The notes: a model not told the origin generated them from the sequence alone. A stretch of DNA of 64,000 nt from an uncultured candidate division Zixibacteria bacterium (GCA_963664195.1 OY760907.1:352001-416000), one strand, 5' to 3'. Positions 49,105 through 57,761 are shown, numbered from the stretch's first letter. Numbers and translations are program-made.

Positions 49105-49536
49105 TTACCTGGAAGCAGATTTCTGATTTGTGCGACGGGGTTGTTCCCGGTAACCTTCATTGACGACATTGCTGTTCTGGTTTAGTTGCAGCATTTCCGT
49201 CAGTTTCTTCTTGTCGCAGCCAGCCATAATCAGACGGGTCGTCTTGACAATAGGTCGACGGAGCAAAGACGGATCTTCCGCAATCATACGGATAACCTCT
49301 TCACGTTCCGGGATGCCCTTGTCCAAACCCTTCTTGGCAAACGATGGAGAAACTTGATTCAAGAAGTGTGTCACAGGAATATGACCCAGCAATTTGTTCA
49401 GTTCGGTTACGGAAAGCGGATCGCTTTTCATATCCCGTACTGTCAATAAGATGCCGGCCTCTTCTATGAACTTGCGTATCTCGTTGCATTGTTCATCGTC
49501 GCCGTAAGTCATAAATGAAGCGCGTCGTTGAGCCAT
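49105..49536 (-). CDS. ArsC/Spx family protein
   Basis: PLSVTEL..LL and DPSLLRRPIV motifs; AGGAGG SD; only the second Cys of CxxC is present. Confidence 0.8.
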   Translation of the reverse strand: MAQRRASFMTYGDDEQCNEIRKFIEEAGILLTVRDMKSDPLSVTELNKLLGHIPVTHFLNQVSPSFAKKGLDKGIPEREEVIRMIAEDPSLLRRPIVKTTRLIMAGCDKKKLTEMLQLNQNSNVVNEGYREQPRRTNQKSASR

Positions 49537-50032
49537 TTTTCCTCCTGCTCAATAAAAACAAACCAGCTGAGTATCTGGGATGCGCAGTATACCGCTGCTA
49601 TGAAAGTCAAAGAAATTTACTAATGCCCGATCTCGAATAAATCGATCAGTGGGACTATTAAAACTAACTATTGGACACAAAGTCAACATAATTTTCGAGG
49701 TTTCGGCGGTCAGAACAACCGCACGATATCGCTCCTCTTTAGTTGCCAAACTCAAAGTTGTCTGTCTCCGGGACTGACACAGAACTCGAATATTTTCAAA
49801 CGAAAAGTCGTGACCGGTTCAAATACAAACCGTTGGCCTGATCTTGCAGCCGAGCGCTGCCCCCTTGAGATCGTCTTCTGATAGCCTACTACTAGTGTCG
49901 GAAAACCGGATTACTTCCTTGAGTGCACCGGTTAAGAATTATAACATCGGGGGCGCTAATTTGGTTCCGTATCCGGGGATGTACAGCTGCACTGCACAGT
50001 TGACTCGACTGTCACTGTCTGAGCCTCAGCTG

Positions 50033-50656
50033 CTAGAGGCGAACCGCTACGGCGATACCGTCACGGATAGGCAGCACGGTAGTGAAGAAACGGCTGTCCT
50101 GGTACAACCTGCGAGTAAATTCCACAATCGCTTCGGTGGTGGTGTCCTGTTTCTTCTCCATCACTCTCCCCGACCAGATCAGGTTGTCGGTGATGAACAG
50201 GCCGCCCTTGCGGAGACGAGCCGCCGCGACATCAATTGTCAAGGGGTACTCGTGTTTGTCGATATCATTGAGCACAATATCGAAGGTCTCGCCGATCTTG
50301 GCGGCCGATTTCAGGGCATCGCCGACTGCAAAAATGAACTGGCTCTGAAGTCCTGCTTTTTTGAAATAATTGAAAGCGCGACGCTTGTTGGACTTATTGC
50401 CATCAGTCATGTAGATCGTACCTTTGGTCTTCATCGCAAGGGAAAACCAGAACGCCGAATACCCGAAACCGGAGCCCAGCTCCAGGACCTTTCGGGCTTT
50501 GATACTGACAGCCATCTGGTACAGAAATCGGCCTACCAGTGGACCGATTATCGGAAAGCCGTTATCCCGGGCGTGCTCTTCCATCTCCTTGAGGACCGGC
50601 GGACGATCCGGTGTAATTTGGTGCAGATATGAATCGAGTTTCTTTACGGTAGTCAT
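50033..50656 (-). CDS. O-methyltransferase (Methyltransf_3-like)
   Basis: VLELGSGFGYSA, FDIV..DIDK..Y, GGL..DN..W.G.V, DGI. Confidence 0.92.
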   Translation of the reverse strand: MTTVKKLDSYLHQITPDRPPVLKEMEEHARDNGFPIIGPLVGRFLYQMAVSIKARKVLELGSGFGYSAFWFSLAMKTKGTIYMTDGNKSNKRRAFNYFKKAGLQSQFIFAVGDALKSAAKIGETFDIVLNDIDKHEYPLTIDVAAARLRKGGLFITDNLIWSGRVMEKKQDTTTEAIVEFTRRLYQDSRFFTTVLPIRDGIAVAVRL

Positions 50657-50669
50657 TTCACAACTCCAG

Positions 50670-50972
50670 CTACATCAGTAGATACACGTCTCCCTCGGAG
50701 ACCGTCACCTCGTACCTTTTGAGCCTGACGCCCTCGACATCAAGACAATCGCCTGTTCTTAGATCGTAGCGCCAATGATGCCACTTGCAGGTCAGAACGC
50801 CGTCCTCAACTCCGCCGGTGGCCAGGGAAGCCCGCATGTGTTTGCAGTCTGATTCGATGCCGAACAATTCGCCGTTGTCGTTGAAGACAGCGACTCTGCG
50901 AGCGAGGATCTTCTTCTCAAGCGACTTGCCGGGAGGTATGTCTGCAAGCTTCCCCATATTGATCTTGTTCAT
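50670..50972 (-). CDS. Rieske 2Fe-2S ferredoxin
   Basis: CKH...CKWH Rieske ligand motifs; YDLRTG. Confidence 0.9.
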   Translation of the reverse strand: MNKINMGKLADIPPGKSLEKKILARRVAVFNDNGELFGIESDCKHMRASLATGGVEDGVLTCKWHHWRYDLRTGDCLDVEGVRLKRYEVTVSEGDVYLLM

Positions 50973-51071
50973 CAGGTACCTACTCCAACTCTATACGCGA
51001 GGGTTTGCGTGATGTTCCACAGCCGACGACCAATAGCATCCGGACGCACTTCGCCAAAAACAGAGTTAGCA

Positions 51072-53315
51072 TCAGGCCGTTCTGCCGGACGCGGCTACCG
51101 TTCTCTCTTCGGCCTGCCGCGTGTGAGCGATCTCACCGGGGCCTTTCCGGCGTCTAAAAACGATAATCAGCCCGCTGACAAACACAAGAATCGTCCCGAG
51201 CCAAAACAACTGTATGAGCGGTTTCTGAGATATCTCAACGACCAGTGTCGATGCCACTGAATGACCTTCGGGGACAAAATCACCCGAGAACTTCAGCACA
51301 ACACCACCCTCTTCAGGTCGAACACCAACAATCTGCACGCTTCCCCTATTTGAGTCGAACGAAGCCTGCTGCGGCTCGATCCCCTCCCCCACGACTCTCA
51401 ATTGCGGGCGCGCGCTTTCGACTTGACCGTCGTAGGCTATCTCCAGAAGGGCTGCGGCTGACATGGCGGAACCGCCCTCACCGTGGCCGCCACCGGTCTC
51501 GAAATCAATGAATGTGATGTCGTACTTGTCAAGCGTGGCTGTTGTACCTTTAGTGAGGTATAGCTCCCCTGGGTCGGTCGCCCGGGGCTGTTCCAGCGCT
51601 ATCGGCGACAGGTACAAGTCGTCAAGCAGATAACTCTTCACGTGCGGTTTGCGCATAACGCCCTCGGAGTTTTTCGGGAACTCATGCGGCAACACCGCGA
51701 TAAAGTGAGTTCCACCTCGCTCGACATCAACGTGACAGTCGAAGCCCGCTTGGGTTTCAACCATTCCCGTAAACGTCAGGTCATATCCTTGAGCTTGGAC
51801 AGTATCAGTCATCGGCAGAGAGACGGTCTCTTTGGTCTCAAAACCACTGGAACCGCCGGCTCCGATGAAACCGATAATCAGCCCAATGTGCGCCAGGTAT
51901 GCCGGGTGCAGGCGGCCGGCAAACAGCTTCTTCAACAGCACATAGCCGTTACTGACCAGCGCCGCGACAGCACAGCCGAAAAAGGCCAAATAGATGATTT
52001 GCGATGTGATTCCAGCTACCAGCAGTATCAGGACGGTAACCGTGAAAACCGCCGCGGTGACGATGCCCAGCCTCGGACTCTGCACGCCCTGCCCCCACTT
52101 GAATATGGGCATGATTGCCATCAGCAGAAGCGTGAGAACCGCAATGGGAACCATCGTCGTAAAATAGTATGAGAGATCAACCGCCGATGGGTTCTCCATC
52201 ACACGGGTCAGGAGCGGCGCCGAAGTGCCCAGCAGCACCAGCCACGCGCCAATGAACAAGATCACGATACCAAGGGCGGTCAAATACGTGCGAGAGTTAA
52301 CAGCCGAAAACGAGGGTTCCGGTTTGATATCTCTCCATCGGAATATCATCAGAAAAGCGCCACCTACAAAGAATACCGTCAGCCCGGCGACAAGATACAT
52401 ATTCAGACCGAGATCAACAAAGGAGTGGACCGAGAAATCGGCCAACACACCCGAGCGCGTCAAAAACGTACCGTATAGAACTGACCAGAACGACAGCAGT
52501 ACGATTGCGAGCGAAAACCGCATCAAACCCCGTCGCTGTCTCTTCACGTACAGCGTGTGAATCTGCGCAGTAAGAAATATCCACGGGATCAGCGAGGCGT
52601 TTTCGACCGGGTCCCAGGCCCAGTAACCTCCCCACCCAAGGGTCTCGTACGCCCAGTAGCCACCCATCACGAGGGCAAGTCCCAGTACGGCCCAGGCGAA
52701 CACAGTCCAGCGCCGTGCCGCTTCGGCCCAATCATTGTATTTGCGCTCAACCAGAGCCGTCATGGCGAAACAGAACGGCATAGCGGCAGCCGCAAACCCC
52801 ACAAACATCAACGGCGGGTGAATCGTCATCCAGAAATTCACCAACAACGGGTTCAATCCCGATCCCTCGGTACGGAAAACCGGCATCAACTCAAACGGTG
52901 ATTTCTTGATGAGAATGATCAGAATCGACAGGAGAAACAGGTTCAGCCAGAACATGTTCCCTTTTTCAAACTGACGGGCGGTGCGCATCATCACCAGCCC
53001 CATGACCCCAGCCAGTGAGAGCCAGAGAAGGAAAGTCCCCTCCTGGCCACCCCACAGCGTAGAAATCAGATAGTACAGGGGCAGGTCACTCGACGAATAC
53101 TGGAAAACATAGATCACCGAGAAATCATGAGTGAGAATCATGTACAGCAGCAAAGCGGTTGCGGCCACGACAAACGCCGTCGCGAACCGAAAGAAATGCC
53201 GTGCTTTGTCGAGTACACCCTCTCGCCCCCGCCAGGCCATCAGGTACAGGATCGCCGAAAACAGCGCACAGGCTGTCGCGGTATAAATGAAATAGTCACC
53301 CAGGTGTGCCAGCAT
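51072..53315 (-). CDS. ccmF: Cytochrome c biogenesis heme lyase, CcmF/NrfE family
   Basis: WGGQEG, GLNPLL, IHPP, WAYETLGWGGYWAWDPVEN, TRSG...SVHSF; GAGGG SD before ATG at 53315. Confidence 0.92.
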   Translation of the reverse strand: MLAHLGDYFIYTATACALFSAILYLMAWRGREGVLDKARHFFRFATAFVVAATALLLYMILTHDFSVIYVFQYSSSDLPLYYLISTLWGGQEGTFLLWLSLAGVMGLVMMRTARQFEKGNMFWLNLFLLSILIILIKKSPFELMPVFRTEGSGLNPLLVNFWMTIHPPLMFVGFAAAAMPFCFAMTALVERKYNDWAEAARRWTVFAWAVLGLALVMGGYWAYETLGWGGYWAWDPVENASLIPWIFLTAQIHTLYVKRQRRGLMRFSLAIVLLSFWSVLYGTFLTRSGVLADFSVHSFVDLGLNMYLVAGLTVFFVGGAFLMIFRWRDIKPEPSFSAVNSRTYLTALGIVILFIGAWLVLLGTSAPLLTRVMENPSAVDLSYYFTTMVPIAVLTLLLMAIMPIFKWGQGVQSPRLGIVTAAVFTVTVLILLVAGITSQIIYLAFFGCAVAALVSNGYVLLKKLFAGRLHPAYLAHIGLIIGFIGAGGSSGFETKETVSLPMTDTVQAQGYDLTFTGMVETQAGFDCHVDVERGGTHFIAVLPHEFPKNSEGVMRKPHVKSYLLDDLYLSPIALEQPRATDPGELYLTKGTTATLDKYDITFIDFETGGGHGEGGSAMSAAALLEIAYDGQVESARPQLRVVGEGIEPQQASFDSNRGSVQIVGVRPEEGGVVLKFSGDFVPEGHSVASTLVVEISQKPLIQLFWLGTILVFVSGLIIVFRRRKGPGEIAHTRQAEERTVAASGRTA

Positions 53316-53352
53316 CTGTCCCTCTCTGCTCCGGTCTGTTCTTGTACGACTA

Positions 53353-54282
53353 TCAGCCGGTCTGTTTGGCTGTTTTTGAACGACGGCGACGCTTCTCCTG
53401 GTCCACAACCTGGGCGGCATCGCCCGAGAGCGCCACAAGTTTCTTGATGACGGCATCGACAAGGAAATCGGGAGTCGAGGCCCCCGCGGAAATGCCGATG
53501 GTTTCGACTGAATCATTTTCACCGGCAAACCAGGCTTCATCAATGTCCGCGTCGGAACCGATCAATTTGCCTCTGCCGCACAGAAGCTGCGATATGTCCG
53601 CCAGTCGATTGGAGTTGGCCGAGGTTTTCGATCCCACGACCAGGATCATATCGACATCGTCCGCCATATCGGTGATAGCACGCTGACGTTTGTGCGTCGC
53701 ATTGCAGATGGTGTCGAAAGTCTCGATATGCGGCCATTTCTCCTGCGCCGCTTTCTGAAACTCAACAAAATCATCAAGCCCCATTGTAGTCTGCACGGTC
53801 AACCCCAGCTTGCGGTCTTTCCAATCGGGGTACTTGCTAAGGTCATCGTTGGCCGAAATAACTGTAATCCGATCAGGCGCGTGGCCAAGAACACCCTGGG
53901 TCTCGTCATGGTTGAGATCACCGAAATGAATGATGTAATAATCCTGCGGCACGGATTCTTCGATTTTGTCGTAAATCCGACGCACCAGCGGACAGGTAGC
54001 ATCAACAACTGTCAGTCCCTTGTCACGGGCCTCTTTCTTGACGTCCGGCGCCACTCCATGCGCGGAAATGATCAACGTGCCCTCGTCGACATCGGCAACC
54101 TTGAATTTCTGCCCGACACCCTTGGCACGGAAATCCTCGACGACCGCATCGTTGTGCACAATCTCATTGAGAATCGTCACCGGCCCACTGACCGTCTCGG
54201 CGGTTTCGCTGGCGATTTTGATTGCCCGCTTGACGCCCATACAGAAGCCGTAGCTCCGGGCGACAATGATCTTCTTGATCAT
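53353..54282 (-). CDS. ispH: HMBPP reductase
   Basis: GFCMGVKRA, IVHN, AHG, DATCP, QTT, TICNAT..RQ, SANS, AGASTP. Confidence 0.97.
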   Translation of the reverse strand: MIKKIIVARSYGFCMGVKRAIKIASETAETVSGPVTILNEIVHNDAVVEDFRAKGVGQKFKVADVDEGTLIISAHGVAPDVKKEARDKGLTVVDATCPLVRRIYDKIEESVPQDYYIIHFGDLNHDETQGVLGHAPDRITVISANDDLSKYPDWKDRKLGLTVQTTMGLDDFVEFQKAAQEKWPHIETFDTICNATHKRQRAITDMADDVDMILVVGSKTSANSNRLADISQLLCGRGKLIGSDADIDEAWFAGENDSVETIGISAGASTPDFLVDAVIKKLVALSGDAAQVVDQEKRRRRSKTAKQTG

Positions 54283-55241
54283 CTATTCTCCAGCAGCTTC
54301 TTCGACTGATTGAACGCCTTATACGAACTCCGCACCAGCGGGCCGGCCTCAACATGGCCAAAACCGATCTCCTCCATGCCGATACGCGCCAATTCGACAA
54401 ACTCGTCCGGATGGTAGAATCGTTCCACCGGCAGGTGCGCCAACGACGGGCGCAGGTACTGACCAATCGTAATGATATCCACACCAACGTCGTGCGCCTG
54501 TTTCATCACCTCGATGATCTCCTCGGTCGTCTCGCCAAGTCCGACCATAATGCCGGTTTTTACGACAGGTCGCGGCGTGTAGTCTGACATGAATTTGAGG
54601 ACATTCAGGGAACGATCAAGCTTGGCCGCACCACGCACGCGTTTGTGCAGGCGGGCGACGGTTTCCAGATTGTGTCCGAGCACATCAACACCGGAATCAA
54701 TGATCGATGCCAGCGCTTCCATGTTGCCGGCAAGGTCCGAAATGAGGAATTCGACTTTGACCTCTTTGTCACGGGCGCGGAGTTGTTTCATCACGTCGAC
54801 AAAGATGCTCGCGCCTCCGTCGGGAAGGTCGTCTCGCGTCACTGCCGTAATCACAACTTGCTTCAGATGCAGCTTTGCGACCGTCTCGGCCAAACGACGA
54901 GGCTCGTCGGTATCAAGCGTCTCCGGTTTACCGTGGAGGACATCGCAGAAATTGCAGTTTCTCGTGCAGTGATCGCCGAGGATCATAAACGTGGCGGTGC
55001 CTTCTCCGTAGCACTCACGGATATTCGGGCAGGCCGCTTCCTGGCAGACAGAGTGCAGGCCATGCTCTTTGAGCGTGGAGCGGACGCGATTATAGCCCTC
55101 GCCGCATTTCGGGCGTATCTTTATCCATTCCGGCAGCCGGGTATGCGGGACCGCCATGCGCTCCTTCACTTTTGGCGCTTTGGGATTGTCGCTGTGCGCC
55201 GAATTGTCCCCGACTGACTGCGTGTAAATAATCTTATTCAT
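54279..55241 (-). CDS. lipA: Lipoyl synthase
   Basis: CQEAACPNIREC, CTRNCNFC, HNLETV, GQYLRP, VRSSY. Confidence 0.98.
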   Translation of the reverse strand: MNKIIYTQSVGDNSAHSDNPKAPKVKERMAVPHTRLPEWIKIRPKCGEGYNRVRSTLKEHGLHSVCQEAACPNIRECYGEGTATFMILGDHCTRNCNFCDVLHGKPETLDTDEPRRLAETVAKLHLKQVVITAVTRDDLPDGGASIFVDVMKQLRARDKEVKVEFLISDLAGNMEALASIIDSGVDVLGHNLETVARLHKRVRGAAKLDRSLNVLKFMSDYTPRPVVKTGIMVGLGETTEEIIEVMKQAHDVGVDIITIGQYLRPSLAHLPVERFYHPDEFVELARIGMEEIGFGHVEAGPLVRSSYKAFNQSKKLLENR

Positions 55242-55261
55242 AGATTCATGTAATATACGTT

Positions 55262-55876
55262 TTAGTTGGTTGTTGTCACCCTAAAATCGTTCAGGAAATA
55301 CTCCAGAACGGTAGTGTCATCTTCAAGCTCGGTATGGAATGATCCCGCCAGCAGGTTCCCCTGCCTTACGAGCACGGGATGGTTGTCGTAGGTTGCCAGT
55401 ACCGTCACGCCGTCGCCTGCACGAGTAATGCGCGGCGCACGAATGAATGTCGCGGTCAGGCTGACCTCGCCTTTGTCGAGCGTGGCCTTGAGTCCGTTCT
55501 CAAACGAATGCACCTGGCGCCCGTATCCCATCCTGACAACATCGATATCCATAAGGCCCAGCGGTTTCACTCCGGAAATGTTATCTTCTATGTTCTTTGA
55601 CAGCATGATCATTCCGGCGCAGGTTCCGTAGACCGGATGCGTCCGGCCAAACGCTTCGAGCGGCGTACGCATGTCGAACCGATCCAGCAATATGCTCATC
55701 GTGGTAGTTTCACCGCCGGGAATGATGAGACTGTCAATACTTTGCATATCAACAGGCTGACGTACCAGAACGTTCCGCACATTCAGCCGATTTAGCTGTG
55801 CCTGATGGGCCTCGTAATCGCCCTGGAGCGCCAGCACTCCCACAAATCTGTCAGTATAATCCGTCACAGTTGTCAT
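55262..55876 (-). CDS. pdxT: PLP synthase glutaminase subunit
   Basis: GVLALQG, PGGE, GTCAG, YGRQ..SF, FIRAP, FHTE. Confidence 0.95.
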   Translation of the reverse strand: MTTVTDYTDRFVGVLALQGDYEAHQAQLNRLNVRNVLVRQPVDMQSIDSLIIPGGETTTMSILLDRFDMRTPLEAFGRTHPVYGTCAGMIMLSKNIEDNISGVKPLGLMDIDVVRMGYGRQVHSFENGLKATLDKGEVSLTATFIRAPRITRAGDGVTVLATYDNHPVLVRQGNLLAGSFHTELEDDTTVLEYFLNDFRVTTTN

Positions 55877-55899
55877 CTGCCTCAATCTCGCCAGTTTCT

Positions 55900-55967
55900 G
55901 TGGGCGGCAGCAGGAGGAGGTCGAAACCAACGAAATGGTGTTGCCCTGTGGTTTCGACACCTGCCCC
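55900..55967 (+). repeat. Nested REPs at the left border of the RAYT island
   Basis: GTGGGCGGCAG...CTGCCCC (same ends as 1030-1057) encloses a family A hairpin GTCGAAACCA...TGGTTTCGAC (55920-55958). Confidence 0.75.
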
Positions 55968-56010
55968 AGCCTCACCTATTCAAGTTGTGCCGGAATATAC
56001 GGAATTAGGC

Positions 56011-56766
56011 TCAGAGGCCAATGGAAAACTGTGGGGAGTCGTCTTTGGGACCTTCGGCAAGAATCGACGGGACTTCCTCGTATTTGCGCCCTAGCAAGAG
56101 GCGACCCGTCTTCTTTTTGTTCACTCCACCCCACTGCTTGAAGAAAAACGCCGCGCCCTGTTCCGCACATTGCTTCTTGATGTCCAACACCCATTCTTCT
56201 TTGATGGGACGCGCCCCCGGGCCGGACTCACCGCCGACTATCACCCAATCGATGCCGTCGAGATTGAGGTCGGGAAGCGGTCCCAGCAACGGTTCGAGCG
56301 AAAGGAACTTGAGCGCGGCGTCGGTCTGACGAAGATCATCGATTCGGTAGTAATAGTGCTCGTTTTCGCAGGTGACACCCATCCAGATGTTCGGTGCCCA
56401 GGCGAGTTTGGGAGCCTTGCGGAGGAGTTGTTTGGAGCGCTTGGTGAGAATTTGGAAAATATGACGGTCGGCACGCGCCATAACGTCGAATATCTGTTTG
56501 ACGTAGTTAAACGGAACGTCTTTGTGGAACATGTCCGACATGGAATTTACGAATACGATTTGTGGTTTTTTCCATGAGAGTGGCGCTTCGAGGACGTCGG
56601 GATGAATCGTGAGGTCGAACCCGTTTTTGTATTTGGGGACACCCATAGCTTTGAGGCGACGAGCCATCCGTTCGGCATAGCAATGGTCGCACCCGGCCGA
56701 TATTTTGGTACACCCGGTGATAGGATTCCAGGTACAGCGCGTCCATTGGATTTGGGTGGTTGACAT
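56011..56766 (-). CDS. DUF5131 / phage Gp37Gp68 family protein
   Basis: IQWT..TWNPITGCTKISAGCDHCYA, FVNSMSD.FH, FQILTKR, SLEPLL, WVIVGGESG, FFKQWGG. Confidence 0.93.
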   Translation of the reverse strand: MSTTQIQWTRCTWNPITGCTKISAGCDHCYAERMARRLKAMGVPKYKNGFDLTIHPDVLEAPLSWKKPQIVFVNSMSDMFHKDVPFNYVKQIFDVMARADRHIFQILTKRSKQLLRKAPKLAWAPNIWMGVTCENEHYYYRIDDLRQTDAALKFLSLEPLLGPLPDLNLDGIDWVIVGGESGPGARPIKEEWVLDIKKQCAEQGAAFFFKQWGGVNKKKTGRLLLGRKYEEVPSILAEGPKDDSPQFSIGL

Positions 56767-56829
56767 GATGCGTTTACGATAGGCAAGGCCACAATGCCGG
56801 ACAATCACATTCGCCAGATCGCGACCACT

Positions 56830-56998
56830 CTCTTCGTAGGGAAGGTTTGTCTTCAAACCTGCCATCGACATCACTTTCGGCCTCAGAAATCCTCTTTCTT
56901 CTTGGCCTTATCACAACGACAACGGTTACTCCCCACAGCCGTAGGTCGGGTTTCGAACCAACCTCTTTGTAGGGAAGGTTTGTCTTCAAACCTGCCAT
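56830..56998 (+). repeat. REPs upstream of the RAYT gene
   Basis: GTAG-GGAAGGTTTG-TCTT-CAAACCTGCC at 56836 and 56969; GTAG-foot hairpin at 56941. Confidence 0.92.
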
Positions 56999-57081
56999 CT
57001 GTCTCACTTTCGGCTACAAGGGCTTCTTTTCTTCTTGCTCTTCTGACCGTCTAAACGGTTATTGCGGTGCGGGAGGAGCCT

Positions 57082-57582
57082 ATGTCCCGTTTGATCCGTC
57101 ATTACTCAAAAGGCAACCTTTACTTCCTGACAGCGGTCACAGCAAAACGCCGGCCTATCCTCATCCGATACCGTGAACATCTTGAGGAAGCGATCCGGAA
57201 GTACCGGCGAAACATCGGGTTCGACTTGATCGCTCATGTCGTGCTGCCAGACCATATGCACATGCTCCTGGACCCGGGTGAATCCACCCCATCGAAGATC
57301 ATGCAGCGAATCAAGCTGTCGTTTTCAAAGAGGGCGCACAACGCAGGTTTCAGGAGGGAGCCGGTCTGGCAACGTCGGTTCTGGGACCACGTCATCAGGG
57401 ATCAGGAAGACATGAATCGGCATATCGATTACATCCATTACAATCCGGTGAAACACGGATTGGTTAAGAGACCGGGTGATTGGAGGGATTCGTCGTTTCG
57501 CGAGTTCAGAGGTCAGGGTTATTGTCAAGCGGATTGGGGGTGCAAGGAACCGTTCGATTTGGACGGTGAGTACGGCGAGTAG
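57082..57582 (+). CDS. REP-associated tyrosine transposase (RAYT/TnpA-REP, Y1 HUH)
   Basis: YFLTAVT..R, VVLPDHMH (HUH), WQRRFWDHVIRD, YIHYNPVKHG...W..SS; GGAGG SD. Confidence 0.95.
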   Translation: MSRLIRHYSKGNLYFLTAVTAKRRPILIRYREHLEEAIRKYRRNIGFDLIAHVVLPDHMHMLLDPGESTPSKIMQRIKLSFSKRAHNAGFRREPVWQRRFWDHVIRDQEDMNRHIDYIHYNPVKHGLVKRPGDWRDSSFREFRGQGYCQADWGCKEPFDLDGEYGE

Positions 57583-57600
57583 GTAAGAATCGGTCGATGA

Positions 57601-57690
57601 CAGGTTTGCGGACAGCCACTCGTGGCGCCAACCTTCCCAATGGAAGATCACATAATGGCAGGTTTGAAGACAAACCTTCCCTACGAAGAG
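57601..57690 (-). repeat. REPs downstream of the RAYT gene
   Basis: Intact family B REP ending in CTAC at 57681-57684; degenerate long-loop variant at 57601-57638. Confidence 0.9.
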
Positions 57691-57703
57691 GCTCGGCACA
57701 CAC

Positions 57704-57732
57704 AAAAAAAGACAGACCCTTTCGGGCCCGCC
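57704..57732 (-). terminator. Intrinsic terminator after pdxS
   Basis: GGCGGGCCC-GAAA-GGGTCTGTC followed by T7 on the minus strand. Confidence 0.8.
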
Positions 57733-57761
57733 TTTGTCACATCTAATCTGTATCCCGCCCT

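Larger units (their letters stand above)
56830..57690. mobile_element. REPtron: RAYT gene flanked by inward-facing REPs
   Basis: 56830-56865 and 57655-57690 form a perfect 36-bp inverted repeat around the RAYT gene. Confidence 0.88.

Noticed and set aside
47059..50632. Plus-strand ORFs 47059-47847 and 49844-50632
   Set aside because: Antisense to ETF-QO and the O-methyltransferase, and they run through REPs or intergenic DNA.
57082..57582. Ordinary IS200/IS605 insertion sequence
   Set aside because: No tnpB. The WQRRFWDH and YIHYNPVKHG motifs and inverted GTAG-foot REPs indicate a RAYT.
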